Shown: positions 31,619-45,032 of the stretch, piece after piece | Position numbering within the stretch: position 1 is the first letter of the stretch | Layout of the letters: each line of letters begins with the position of its first letter | From: a virus | Virus record (IMG/VR): IMGVR_UViG_3300023106_000001 | Span: 1,485-65,484 of that record | Direction: 5' to 3' (one strand) | DNA length: 64,000 nt | Notes under the pieces: model-generated | The model's database searches: none | Told to the model about the DNA's origin: nothing | The model's input: only the letters and a program-made list of their open reading frames with translations | Translations under genes and position numbers: made by a program

Positions 31619-32383
31619 TTAATCTGTTATTTTTATTCTATATTTCATCATTTTATCGTAAACCTCAACTGTTATTTTATTTTTCCATTTGTTTGCTACT
31701 TCTTTAATATATAACTCCTTATGAAATTTATAACATTGAAATGCTTCCTTAGGTGTTTCAAATGTGCCTAAATAAGTATGAATACCATTCTTAAATATTT
31801 TGGCTACAAATCTATTTTTTGACCGAGTTACCCCTAAAGGATATTTACCTCTTTTACTTTTAGTATCCGTAAATAGTAAATTTATCTCACAAGGTACAAA
31901 TGAACATGTTTCAGGGCTGTATTCTTTGTTTCCTTTTACAAGAATGTCTTTATCTAAATTCCAGCTACTGTCCATATGATTTTTGAAATTTTCTTCGTAC
32001 CAATCACCGAAATTTTGAAAACAATGCCATTCTTCTTTAACATAACAATTTACATAAGTTGGGTTTTTAGAGTTTTTATCATAACATCTTCCAAGCATAC
32101 CATGCCATTTCACATAAATATTAGTCTTTATGTTATTTTTAGAAGGTTTATGCCTTCCAACTCCTATATAACCAACCTCATAAATAACAGGAGTATAAGG
32201 ATTTTTTATCTCTCCAACTTTAATACTCCCATATTTGATATTTCTTAATATTTCTCCCCTTTCAATAAATCTAATGGTGCAATCATTAACCCCTTTATAC
32301 TCTATTATTTCAAATTCTTCCCCTGAATTAGTGAAATGTTTTTCTCCTAATCTCTCTGATTTTAATACCCCTTTTTTAGCCAT
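31619..32383 (-). CDS. HNH homing endonuclease with AP2-like C-terminal domain (start revised to ATG 32383)
   Basis: WHGMLGRCY, WHCFQNF..W, LDKDILVKGNKEYSPETC, YLGTFETPKEAF; the track's N-terminal extension overlaps an RNA hairpin. Confidence 0.85.
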   Translation of the reverse strand: MAKKGVLKSERLGEKHFTNSGEEFEIIEYKGVNDCTIRFIERGEILRNIKYGSIKVGEIKNPYTPVIYEVGYIGVGRHKPSKNNIKTNIYVKWHGMLGRCYDKNSKNPTYVNCYVKEEWHCFQNFGDWYEENFKNHMDSSWNLDKDILVKGNKEYSPETCSFVPCEINLLFTDTKSKRGKYPLGVTRSKNRFVAKIFKNGIHTYLGTFETPKEAFQCYKFHKELYIKEVANKWKNKITVEVYDKMMKYRIKITD

Positions 32384-32394
32384 AATTTTTAAAA

Positions 32395-32495
32395 TAAAAA
32401 CGCCCAAAGATACTTTAAATAACGGCTTCGACCTCGTTACTCTCCATATCAATGGGGCTTTCTATTAGTTTTTTAAATCCCTATAAAGTCGAAGC
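32395..32495 (-). promoter_or_regulatory. leader RNA: terminator-like hairpin whose loop (GTCGAAGC) is complementary to an upstream GCTTCGAC
   Basis: 32425-32432 complementary to 32488-32495; outer GCCC/GGGC stem, inner TAACG/CGTTA, T-run. Confidence 0.55.
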
Positions 32496-32763
32496 AGGAA
32501 TAATAGGCGTAAATATATAACATATAATTTAATTATGCAAATTAATTACTTTGAGTTTCAGAGTCTAACGCGCAACGTGCCTACTATTCCTTCTCCTTTA
32601 AGGCAGTAAAACGTTAGCAATCCTTTATATACTTTTGTATATGTTACATTCAGTTTGGCTAATTTTGGTTTAAGTTCGTTACTTCCTGCAAATAACATAA
32701 CTGTTTTTGTTGCTATGATTGCAGGCGAATCTTCTGTTTCAAACACTATATCTTCCATTTTTA

Positions 32764-33003
32764 TTAAGATTTAATTTTGATTATTTCTATAATATCATGA
32801 TCGGTCTCTAACCTTTTATTTTCGTTTCTCATTACAAAGCCGTCATTAGTTCTTGTACCTTTACCTAAAGATTTATCTAGGTATTGCACTTCGTGGTCAT
32901 AATAATCTACTTCGGGATTTAGTTTTTTAACGTATTTTAATTTTAAGCCGTGTTTAGATATTAAAATATCTCCTTCTTCGCAAATATTTAAGTCTATATT
33001 CAT
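32764..33003 (-). CDS. hypothetical protein, paralog of 27861..28151
   Basis: shared blocks listed for 27861..28151. Confidence 0.7.
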   Translation of the reverse strand: MNIDLNICEEGDILISKHGLKLKYVKKLNPEVDYYDHEVQYLDKSLGKGTRTNDGFVMRNENKRLETDHDIIEIIKIKS

Positions 33004-33146
33004 CTTAATTCAAATTTAAAGGGTTAAACAAATTGATTCCATAGACTTTACATAAATCAATTAAAAGTCTTCTTTTAGTGAATGCAAATAAACATATTCC
33101 GTCTATTGGTTGGCATTCGTAGTATGTTATACTGTTGGTTTTTGTT

Positions 33147-36100
33147 TTATAAATCCTCATTATTTCTAATTTTATCCTCTATTGCCGTTATTAAGTGTTC
33201 ATTTCCTATAGCTTCTCTGAATTCAGGTGTAACTAAATGTTTAACGTGCCAGAATGTGTCTTCAATTAATATATTTATTCTATAATGCATTTCTAGTAAA
33301 TCATCTAAGTTACTGTCAGTTATATTTTCAAATGGTCTCATCTTTTATAATTGTTTGTTTTACATCTTCTAGTAATATTTGTAAATCTATAAAATAGCTT
33401 CTATCTAAATATATTCCTACGAACTCCCTGCTATTTTCCAAAGTTTCTAATTCTTTTAGAATTTTATCTAAAGACTTAATAAGTTTTTTATTTTGTTCCA
33501 TTTTTATTTGTTTTTGCCGAAAATTCGTAGAAAGATGTGGGCAGCTTCTACTTGATCTACATTATATCCTGTTCCGATTCTTTCTATAGCTTCGTAATGG
33601 CTTTTTATGTGGTGTTCTATACCTTCTATTACTTCTTTCTTTTTTGTCGCGGAAAAAGCCTTAAAATCAGGAATCGATCTTAATAAATATTGTTTAGTTT
33701 GTGGTGTCATAATTCATCTATTTGTTTTCTTATTTTCTCTGCTTCTTCATAATTTTCTTCTACTAATGCTTTATCGAGACAAGCTTTAAGATACCTTACA
33801 TTTACTATTTCTTTTGAAAATAATTCTTTTGGATCTTGCCAATAGTCCCACCCTTCTGATCAAATATCATAATGAAGGTTCATTTCCTTACTATCTAATA
33901 TCTTAGTCATTACTGATTTATCATCTCTTTCCAGATAAATATTACCGTTTGCTACGCCTATAAAGGTTAGTTTTTCACCTAAATAGCTTCTGTCTCTTGT
34001 TGCTGTGCGATAAGGTTTTGCAGGTTCTAATCTTACTATTTCATCCCCTGTTTTAAATTGGTCTATTGTTTTCATCTTTCTTTTCTATTATTTCTTTTAA
34101 TTCAAATATTTTGTTTTCTAAGTTTGTTTGATTTACTTGTAATTTTGTATATATCATTCCAAATAAAGTAGTAATTATAAGATGTTTATTAAAACTTAAA
34201 TTCAAAGGTAGTATCATTAAAAAAATAAATCCGAAATTACCCATAAGTAGAAGTAAATTCCAAAATGTCTCAAAAGTGAATATTTTTCTCATTACATTTG
34301 TTTTTCTGTTGTTATTACTATTGAATTAAAGTTTTCAGGACACAAAACTGTTCCTTTGTATTTAATTGTTTTCCCGCCGTTTTTCTTCTCTTGTTGCAGA
34401 TACTCTATTAAGGTATCGATGTCTATTTCTTTCATAATTTTTAAATTAAGTTGTATTCTTTAGCTTTAGATTCTTTTATCTCAAATACTTCGCTATCTTT
34501 TATTTCAAAACCGTTATTAATAGCATAATAATCAACACCTGTTAATTCGCATATATCTGACCACTCTAATTTTCGGCGTAAAAAAGAATAAGTAAAAGAT
34601 ACAGTTTCTTCTTTTAAATTCTCAAAATCTCCTCTTAAAAACTCCTCTAATACATTACTACCTTGAAAATTATCTCTTGTATACGGTCTATACGAATCAT
34701 CAATCAATTCTACTAACTTTCTTAAATCATTCTCTGTATATGTTTTCATACTTGTGGTTCGTTAAAGATTAAAACTTCAACCTCTTCTTTTGAGTAGTGT
34801 TCCTGATTTGAATTAATTACTCTTAATTCTATCTCATCTTGTCTATGTTTTTCGCCCGAAATAAAAGCAAAATAACAAAGAGAGCCTATTGCGATAAATA
34901 CTGCTGTAAATAATATAATATTTTGTTTCATGATGTTAACTATTATAAGTTTCTAATTCTATTTTCGTGCAGGTTTTAAACCCGTAATAATCTAAGAAAG
35001 CATTAATATGCGTTGCTGTAGTTGGACTATAGTAACCATTTACAGTCATTTTCTTGTTGTTTGTGTCGTACTCGGCTACAATTGTTTCATAACTTTTTAA
35101 TTGTGCAATTCCGTTCTCTTCTATTACTTGACATTTACCGTAGAATGATTTACGGTTGTTTACTGGATTCAATGTAAATATTTTCATTTTGTTTAGTTTT
35201 CAAAAATGTTATTGTATAAATCGTAGCAATATTCTTCAAAAGATAGCCAACACATAAAAGTATAATGAGGTACACCATGTCTATTTTTAATAGGTTCGCC
35301 GTAATTCTCCTCTAAATCTGTTTTTAACTGTTCCATTTCGTCCAAATGTTCTATGTAAAAATCTTTACAGTCTTTATTATAAACAAAATCTCCAATCATT
35401 CCACTAATACAACCGCCTTGTTGTAAGTCTTCACAGAACGATTTTAATTGTTCTTTCTTTTTGCCATCATAACCGTCTATATTATTTAAGATGATTGAAT
35501 TAAATTGTTCGGCAATGTCTAAATTTGAATATGTGCTTTTTTGTAGCAGTTTCATAATGTTTTAGTTTTAAGTGTGTAAATATAATAAATTTTCGGCGAA
35601 AAAGAATAAAAAACAGAAATAAATTAAAAATCAATTTCATTATTAATCAAACTCTCTTCTATTAATTCTATTCTCTTTAAAAGAAGAAACAATTTGATAT
35701 CAGACCATTTTCTAAAATCTTCTGTTGCGTTCAACATATTTAAGTCTTTGCCTAAAATATATTCTTCTTTTGCTTTGTTTAACTCAGTTATTAAAGCTTC
35801 TCTGTGTTGTGGTTCTAGTGTCATACGCTACGCTTTAGATCATTATTCTTATTGCAAATTTTAAATCGTTCTCTTTCAGTTCTAAAAGTCTGGCTAATTT
35901 TTTAGCTGTTTCTTCTATCTCGAAATCTAAATCTCTTTTTTCAAACTCTTCTCCGCTGTCTTGTAGTAAATGAAATTCGCACAAATCCTCGTGTGTTTCT
36001 TCATAGTTAGCGTGTACAAATTGCTCTACAAATTTTGTAAACGGTTGTTTAAACTCTTGTAGTCTTTGCAGGTCGTTGTTTTCTGTTCTTATTTTATTGA

Positions 36101-39100
36101 AATGTTTCATTATTCTTTTCATAACTTTTAATTTTTATTTTCGCGCAAAAAAGATTAAAAAACAATAATTGTAAGTGAATCACTAAAATAAACCCTATCA
36201 AATAATAAAAAGGCTAAGTCATTTTCATTCATATATAATTTGTTATTGTGGTCATAAGAAGTATAACCTTTACTTATATGAGCAGTTATATCCTCATATA
36301 GATTTGGTTCGTAAAATGCAGTTGTATCTCTTTTAATTAATTCTAAGATACAGGATTTAGGTATTCTAATTGTTTCCATTTTTTAAGTTTATTTAATTGG
36401 TGGATTTGAATTATATAATTTCCAATGCGTTATATCATTCATTTCATAATACTTTAAAAATTGATCTGTTACAATCTCTATTTCTTCTATTGTTTTTTCA
36501 GTTAAATCCCTGAATGATATAATCTTCTGCCCTATTAAGGGTAACTGTTTAGCCATTTTTATCCATCCATTACAGTCAGTTACTTCACTACATTCTAAGC
36601 AAACAAGGTATGTGTAACCCGCTAAAACTGATAGTTTCTTATTACATATTTTACAAATAGGTTCCATTTTTGTGTGATTTTATATATTAAATCGGTTTAT
36701 TTCCGATTATCTGTTGATAATTTCGCGGAAAAAAGAAATTAAAACAAGCTTTTAAAGACAGTTATTACCTCTCTCAAAGAAAAATGATTACCAATACAAT
36801 CAAAACCATTCTCTAATATAATATATCTGTTAGTATTTAAGTCGTGCAGATAGTAATTTACAATCTCGTAATCGCCTATCTTTTTATTTATTGGTTTCAT
36901 AATCTAAATTATTAAGATTGTACAAATCTACCTTGATCTATAAAAATGACAAAAGTTTCTTCGTGATCGGATGTTTTTACATTTAAACCCTTATCTATAA
37001 CAGTACTTATTATTTCCAAAATTTTCTCTTTACTGTATTCAAAAGTTTGACTGTGTTTATACGGCAGTACATTACTAAAATCTTTTTTCCAGTATCTAAT
37101 ATCAATTGTTTTCATAAGTATTAATGTTTAGTTGTTTTGATTGTTGTGCCATTTTACAAACTCCACACAAGCGTTATAAACAGCCTCAATCCCATCACTA
37201 TGCATTGTATTATTTATTACAATATTTTCGTTATTATCTATTATCCAAACATCTGCTTTTATCCTGTTTACCCAATAGCCTAAACTTTCTATTTTTTCAA
37301 CTACTTCCATTAACCAATCCCAATCAGAATTATATGGTATTAAAAAATCTGTCAAACTAAATGGTTTTCCCATAAAATCATGTACACATTTTAAATCTAC
37401 AATGTTTTGTTTCGTCGCATTCATAATAATATGATTTAATGATTAATAATTTCGGGCAAAAAACTAAATAGAAGCTTTTAATACTTGCAATCTCATCTTA
37501 TAAGCAATAGCATCTTTACTATTACTTTGATGTTCAATTTTCCACATAGCACTTTTTGCAATATGTTTAGCCGTACTTTCACACTTACTTTCAGGCGCTA
37601 TCGAATATTCGTAGTACTCTACTGTTATTTCTGTTCTGTTTTCTTCGTGATCGTGCCAAGTTGATAAATTAGCTACGGAATGATTATCTTTTAAACTGTT
37701 TTGTATTTCTTGTAATCTCTTTATTACGTCAATTAAAGGTAATTCGTTTTCTATTTGTATTTCAATTGATTTTCTATTTAAATATGCTGTTCCGTGTTTG
37801 AAAGTAGAGGTTTCTCCCTTATTTAATAAGTCTAAAGTTTCTTGTCTGTATTCTTTTTGTCTTGCTAAATAATAATCGTATAATAATTCGTAGTCTGTTT
37901 TCATTATATTGTGTTTTTAAAGGTTATTTTTCGCGGGAAAAGAAATAAAAGAACAGTTAATTATCCTCCAAACTCCAAACTATATAACCCTGATATTGTG
38001 AAGGTATTAAATAACTCTCTGAGTACTCACCTAATAGGTTATCTAACTTTTCTTCTAAGTTTTCTTCATAGTCTAAAACATAGTCTATACCGTGTACGAT
38101 ACAGAAATTATTAACTTCAGGAGGTATATTATAAGAGTCTTTTAAACTCTTAAAATCTTTGTAAGACTCATCACAAAAAGTAATATTACCTAAGAACCCA
38201 CCATAAGGTGAATTTCTATATTCTAATATTTCGTTTAATGTTGCTGGTATCATAATTTTATAATTAAAGTTTGAATTGCTTCTTTATATCCTCCTTTATA
38301 TTGATGTTGTGCCAAACCTTTATCTACAAAGGCATCAGCTACTTTTGTAAGTACTTTTTTATTTTCAAAGTCTTTATGCGTACCTTTACATATCTGATAT
38401 TCAAAAGCATTGTTTGTATCTCTGAAAAATATACTTCTGTTTTGTTCATCCTTGTAATGCATTAAACTACAAAAGTCTCCATAAGGGTTGCTTTGTTTAA
38501 CAAGTTCTAATTTTATTGTTTTCATGTTGTTTTATTTAAGTGTTAGAATTTCCGCAAAAAAGAATTAAAAAAGGAGAAAAGAACAGTTACAAATTAACCA
38601 TTCTAATTATATCTAACTCACCGTTTTTATTATAATCAATATAAAACTGTCTTTGTTTATACCATATAGGAAACCCTTCTTTTATCTCAGGTGCTAAGTA
38701 TTCAATTGCTCTTATATCAATATTAGATATATACTGTTCTAACTTAATTAAAGCCTCTTCTCTTTTATTATGAAATCCTTTAAACTCTCCACCTAATAGA
38801 CTAAAATCAAATAAAGGGTTATTTATAGCTTGTTTGTATATTATATCTTTGAATTTGTCTAAGTTTGTTTTCATGTTAAAAATTGTTAAGGTTTAAATTT
38901 AAGTATTCTCCTATATAAGTTCGAAGCCTGACCGATGGGTCATATTTTTACTATTTTAGAAGGGATAAATGTTTGTGGGTGGGGTTGTCCTCCCCTTAAG
39001 AGCCTCATATTCACTGACTTACATTGATAATAAGTAAATCTTCTTGAATATCTTTAAGCATTGCAATAGCATCGAAGTTATTATTGTTCTTTATAGCTTC

Positions 39101-41468
39101 TATTACTATGTCTATGTCGTTTATTATTGTTTGGATGTCCATAATTTTACTGTTTTTAATTCTTTTTTGCGCGCCCTTATGTCGTGTTCCTTTACATATA
39201 TGCACTATAATACGACATTTGCCACTTTATAGACTATGTAATCAATAGTTTCATAAGGAATATCTCTGTCTAAGGTTCTAGTTGATACACTTAATAAGGT
39301 TGATACTTGTGTTTTGAACCTGTAAATAGTTATTTCCTTGGTATTTTTGTCTAGTACTGCATATTTTAATGCTCTTTTAAGTACTTTCTTATTGTCTTTA
39401 TGTCGCATTCATTAGCTTATACGGTTAATAATACGACAAATGTAATAATATTATTTGAATTATACTACTAATGTTCTATATTTTTAAATTTTCCTATCTC
39501 TGTTACTGTTTCTAAACTTGTTTTAAGTTGTTCGTCTAATTTTTCATTGTATAGTTTTTCTATTGCTTTGAATAGTTCTATACTTTGTTTAGGTGTTTTA
39601 TCTTGAAGTATTATTTTTACTATTATTGATATTTGTATTTGATTGTCTTTTTTAACTGTTTCTATCTTTTTTTTGCGCAAATAAGCTTGGCATTTTTTAA
39701 TTAGTTTTTCCATTGTTTTAGTTTTTTATTCCCGCAGAATTTTCGTTATACCATTTAATAAAGTCAATACAGGCGTTATAAACAGATTCTATTTTACTTG
39801 TACCGTTTAAATTAATAATTTCATCATAAGGAAAATCTTTAGTATTTATTATTGATACACAAGAACCCGTATAAATAGCAAAATCGAACTCTAAACTCTC
39901 TATCTTTTCTACTACTAACATCAACCAATCCCAACTATTATGAAAATATTTATAGTTATTAATGTCATTCATTAATTCAGGGTTTCTTTCTCCACCCTCA
40001 TATAATTCATTCCAAATGATGTTTAAATCCTCGTTATAATTCCTACTTAGGAACTCGGCTAATAACTTATTGTTTTGTGTTGTATCTTTCATTTTTTACT
40101 TTTTAAATTATTTTTCGCGCCAATGTTAATAAACTTTCTTTAGTTCTCCTATCAAAACTTGATATTGAAATTTAGATTTGTTTCTCACTACACATAAACC
40201 CGAAGTAAAGACAGAGACTATTTTAACTCTCTCGCTGGTTGTATCGCAATAATATAATGATGTTGTTTTCATATCTCTAATTTTTAAATAATTGTTTTAC
40301 CTCTTCTTTCATTGTGTGCAGACCGTCTAGAATAAAGTTTTCGCTTTGTTCTTTGTCTCCTAAAGAAATAGTGTTGTTGTCTTTTGTTCTTTTTATGTAA
40401 TAACTGTTTTTTATTTTTATTAGTTGGTATTCTTTTGTTGATTGTGTTTTTAATACTGTTATTTCTCCTTTATTCATTCTTTTTTCGCGGAAAACCTTCT
40501 TATTAAGTTGTTCCTGTCTTTCTGTTATTTTGCTCATGATAGTTCTCTTTTTAAACAGTTGGTTTTTAAACTGTGGTTTGTTTTGATTTTATATTTTTCG
40601 TAGGCAGTTCGCGAAGTGTTACAAGTTCTAAAAGTATTCAATTCTTTTTGTATTGCCTTGAACGCTTCATGTCTATAGTGATCTCCATAACCATACTGAA
40701 ACGGTAATTTTATTGTTGTTTCATTCTTTTTGCCCGCATTTACAATTACTTCACCACTGAAATAACTGTTACCGTTAACCTTGTCAAACCATTCTTTGCA
40801 GTTAACATCTATTGTTTTTATATCGTTTGCTCTCATGTTAGTGTTATTTAATATAATTAATTTTCTTTAGTTGCTCTATTGTGTATGTATCCCAATCAAA
40901 CCAGCTTTGTACTTCTTTCTTTGACATCGTTTTAAACGTGCCTTTATGAGGGACATATTGTTTAATTTTTACTATTCCATATTTGCCAAACTCAGCAATT
41001 AATTTACCAAGTGTTTCAAGTTCGTTATTAAATATAAAGTGTGAAGATTGACCGTGAAAGTCAACCGACCAAATTGCGTTTGATGTTGATATGTATGACA
41101 TAATGTTATAGTTTAGAAGTTAAATAATTTAATATACACTCTGTTACTGGAATGAATGTAATAATTGCTATGATTGTTATTACTAATAATAAACAACCTT
41201 GTCTCTCTTTTGATAGTTTCATAACTGTTTTCTTTTTAAGTTTTTATTTGCGCGAAAATCAATTAACTGAGTTAACACTATAAGCATTATCTTTTGTTAC
41301 CCACTTACCGTTGATCTTTTCAGATAATATAAATGCATTATAACCAACTCGAAAACCTACTAAATTATAACCGTTTCTTGTTGCATATTGTTTGGCTCCT
41401 CTTTCTGTTTTTGATGTGTCAATTAAACATAGTTCGCTGTTTAATACACCGTAGATAATTTGTGACAT
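33147..41468 (-). other. array of about 25 small hypothetical ORFs, probable early / host-takeover region
   Basis: dense co-oriented 60-146 aa ORFs downstream of promoters at 41812 and 41939; includes paralogs 37128..37424 and 39718..40092 (WDWLM.VVEKIESL). Confidence 0.6.
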
Positions 41469-41811
41469 AATAATAAGTTTTAAATTGTTTTAGTGCCGTT
41501 CCTAATCTCGCTTTAAGATGCTAGTCATTAACTATCAAACGGCTTTTTTCTTTTCCCGCATTTCGCCGACAAAAAAGAAAGAACAGACTTTAAATCAAGT
41601 CTAAATAATATATAAGTCCTAATGAATAGGATAATAATGTAATATGATAAAAGTAAGAACGTGTTTCAAAGATGCGTTTAAATCTTTAATAGCTTTATTA
41701 GATACTATTAAACTATTTACGTTTGCGAAGTGAATGCCTTCCGACCTTAACACTATTCTATAACCTTAGTCGTTATAGATGCTCGAATATTTTACTGCTT
41801 TAATTCTTATA

Positions 41812-41946
41812 CAAATGTAATTAAAACTTTTTAATCTCAATGCGAAAATAAATTAAATTTTACTTGCATAATTAAAAAGAAAGTGTATAAGAACTTAACT
41901 AAGGTTAAACGTTGTAATGTTGTTCCCTTTTGTTATAGCAAAGATA
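41812..41946 (-). promoter_or_regulatory. tandem Bacteroidota-type promoters (TACATTTG at 41812, TATCTTTG at 41939)
   Basis: two TAnnTTTG matches in a long non-coding region. Confidence 0.55.
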
Positions 41947-42441
41947 CATTGAAAGTTTATTAAAATAAAAAATATTTCGCTAGGATATTAAATTTGTTTT
42001 CATTATACTACACGCGTCGCACGTTCCTATACTATGTAATTTCCGCAAAAAACAGTTAAAAACAAAAAACGCAATTAAATTGATTTTCAAAAACACATAT
42101 TATTATATAGAATAAACACAAACAAAGAAAGTAACAAAATAAATATTCTATAGAAACAAGTGTAAATAAGAAATATAAGAATAACTCACAAGCTAAAAAC
42201 ACAAAGAAAAAACTTGAAAAAGTGAAACCGATTTTAAGGCCTTGTAAGGAAATCAAATCGAAATGGTATAGAATGATGGGGGTATAGAGGAACTTTAATC
42301 CTGCGATATATAAGGTAAGCTAAGGTGATTCTTCGGAGGTACGTCCACGATATAATCAGAAATTAAAAATAAAACCTCCCACCAAAAATTGAAAACTTTT
42401 CAAAATCCAGAGGGAGGGGTACATTTTAGAGGCGGGGTTAT

Positions 42442-42756
42442 TTATTCAACCCATATCTCATTATTACGAACACTTCTAACATTACTATCACTGCAACCAA
42501 TTAACCTAGCTATCTCGCAGTTATTAAAATCTTTCCATTCACCTATTCTAATCTTATTTACTAATTCCCAATTCATTACGTTTCTTCTCATGTTTCGATT
42601 GTTTTCTTTCTTTGATACTAGCCTACAATTCGATACACTGTAATTCCCGTCATTATTTTCTCTATCAACTTCTAATTTACAATCAACTGTATATCCATTA
42701 TCTATAGCCCAATCATAAAACTTTTGAAAAGGTTTAAAACTTTCTTCTATTTGCAT
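42442..42756 (-). CDS. short or truncated HNH endonuclease
   Basis: FYDWAIDNGY...VDRENNDGNYSVSNCRLV...N.RN plus HTH-like tail; lacks the N-terminal part present in 4502..5245. Confidence 0.7.
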   Translation of the reverse strand: MQIEESFKPFQKFYDWAIDNGYTVDCKLEVDRENNDGNYSVSNCRLVSKKENNRNMRRNVMNWELVNKIRIGEWKDFNNCEIARLIGCSDSNVRSVRNNEIWVE

Positions 42757-42938
42757 AACTTTCTTTGATCTAAATCAATCATTAATGTTTTTAAGTATTC
42801 TATAATTTGCTCTTTAGAATCCCCTTTCAAAGTTAAATCTACGGCTAGATTACAAAGTATTTTATAAGCTAGTAGATTTCCTCTTTCATCTACATTAATT
42901 TTTTGTAATATGTATTCTACTATTTCCTCCATTTTTAA

Positions 42939-43349
42939 CTAATACTCGTTATATTCAACTCCCCATTTATTACCTATGACAGTAACATAATTTTCTTTTT
43001 TATTGTATTGCGGGTGATTTAAACCCGAAGAAAAAGATCCATATTTATCTCCTTCATCTGAATATCCCATCCAACCCACTGTAGTGTGTCTTAACCAATA
43101 TTTAGTCTCTGATTTTCCTCTAGTAAAAATGTCGCCATCATACACGTAAACTCCTTTTGAATCTTTTTCTCCCGTCCAAAACTCAATAATATATCTTTCT
43201 CCTGGTGTATGCCATTTATCATTTTCAGAATTGTAAATCTTACCTGATCTTGATAACATCCATCTCCAGTCTGGTTCTTCACAATATTCTTTTTCTTCTT
43301 TATCGTATATTCTGTATTTTACCATATGTTTTAATTTTTTATTCCGCAA
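42939..43349 (-). CDS. YopX family protein
   Basis: KYRIYDK...FWTGEKDSKGVYVYDGDI...VIGN. Confidence 0.75.
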   Translation of the reverse strand: MRNKKLKHMVKYRIYDKEEKEYCEEPDWRWMLSRSGKIYNSENDKWHTPGERYIIEFWTGEKDSKGVYVYDGDIFTRGKSETKYWLRHTTVGWMGYSDEGDKYGSFSSGLNHPQYNKKENYVTVIGNKWGVEYNEY

Positions 43350-44858
43350 ATTCTATATCATTTAAATAACTTTTTATTACTTTATAAAAATTATCCCAAG
43401 ATACTGGTTTAAAACTTTTATCTGTTGCGGAATCATATCTGTAATAAATTTTATCTTCGTTCATTTCACTAATTAATATACATAATTTTTTATCTGAATA
43501 AGGTAAAATTCTTAATCCTTTAGGTTTAGATTCTAATAAAGCTTTTTTAACCTCTTCAGAACTAAATATTTGTTTTTTATAAATTGTTTCTGGTATCATT
43601 GTATATAATGTTTTCATATTTACATTTCTTCTATTAAGTCGTTATCTATTAGTAACTGTTCGTAATCTTCTATAGTTTTTATTGCTTCTTTAACTTTTTT
43701 CGCCGAATCTTCATCCAAGAATTTCTCTGGTTTAAAATAAGCCCCTATAAATAAATCATAGTAAAAGTCATCTGTTGTCACTGATTCTAAATTTCCGTCT
43801 TTTAATTTCATTTTACTAATTCATCAAATATTAAATCAAAAACAGTTTGTAATAGTTCTCTGTTCTTGTGATTGTTTCTATGCGCTTTAATTCTTATTTC
43901 AATTCCTAAATCTTCATGTTTGCCTATCACTGTTGAAGGCATAATTCCACATTGTTGTCCTCCTGTATATTTATGAGGTTCTACAGATATTTGAAACTGT
44001 TGCTTAAGTTCTTGTATTCTTTCTTCTAGTGGTTTCATTTTTATTTCTTTTTCGCCGAAATTACATTGTAATATATTCTTCAAAAGATATCAATTTAATA
44101 CCCTCATTTCTTTGATATTCAGAGCTACCCACAGATCCAACCGAAAAGCCTTTTTTCTTATTACCTTTAACTATAACAGCTGTTTCTAGCTCTGACATTT
44201 GTGGAACCCATTCAATATATAGATTCTTTTCCCCTAAATAAATTTTCATACTGTTAAACTCCCTTTCATTTTTAACAATAACTGACACTCCGTTTTTTAA
44301 TTTCATATATTTCTTTTTCTTTTAAAACTAGCTCTTACTAAATTGAAATCATACTTGTAAAACATTTGTTGTTTAAATATGGTACATAGTAAGCAACTTA
44401 TTATTAGGTTTAAATTTTCTATTTTTATCATTTACTTGCTTTTTATTCTTTTTTCGCGCAAAATTAAACAATTGTCGGTGTTTTATAGTATTGATTTTTA
44501 TACTCGTATCCACACGAAGTATCTTTACTCTCTTCTTTAGATACTTCTTCTACTTCAAGAGTGAAAATTGAACCCACCATCATAACTTGTTTTACTTTTA
44601 CAAAAACCTTAGTAGTTGTCTCTTCATACCCTCTAGTATTATCATAATATTTATAATCATCCTGAACTTTTTCAGTGTAGTAAGGATTGGATGAGAAAAC
44701 TGTTTTATAACTTTCACTTTTTACATTTAAAGAAATAAATTTTGTTTCTGCATTTGTTTGAGAAATTACGCCTGAAGCTTCTACATTTGTTTCAGAGTGA
44801 TTATTTACCTCTTGCGTTGTAGTTCTTCTGTCTACTATTGTACTGTTAAACATTATTT

Positions 44859-45032
44859 TTAGTTTTTTAATTCCGCGAAAATAATTCCTTGCATAATCTT
44901 TTTAAGAGACGCTATCCCATTATCTCTACCAGCTTCTGAGCTATAGTCTTCACTGTAAACTACTATTTGGCCATTTTGTGCTTTTACTACAAAATAATAC
45001 ATTCCGTTTTTTCTTTGTTTGCTTTCTATCAT
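44859..45032 (-). CDS. DUF1508 (YegP-like) small protein (absent from the ORF track)
   Basis: KNGMYYFVVKAQNGQIVVYSEDYSSEAGRDNGIASLK. Confidence 0.75.
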   Translation of the reverse strand: MIESKQRKNGMYYFVVKAQNGQIVVYSEDYSSEAGRDNGIASLKKIMQGIIFAELKN

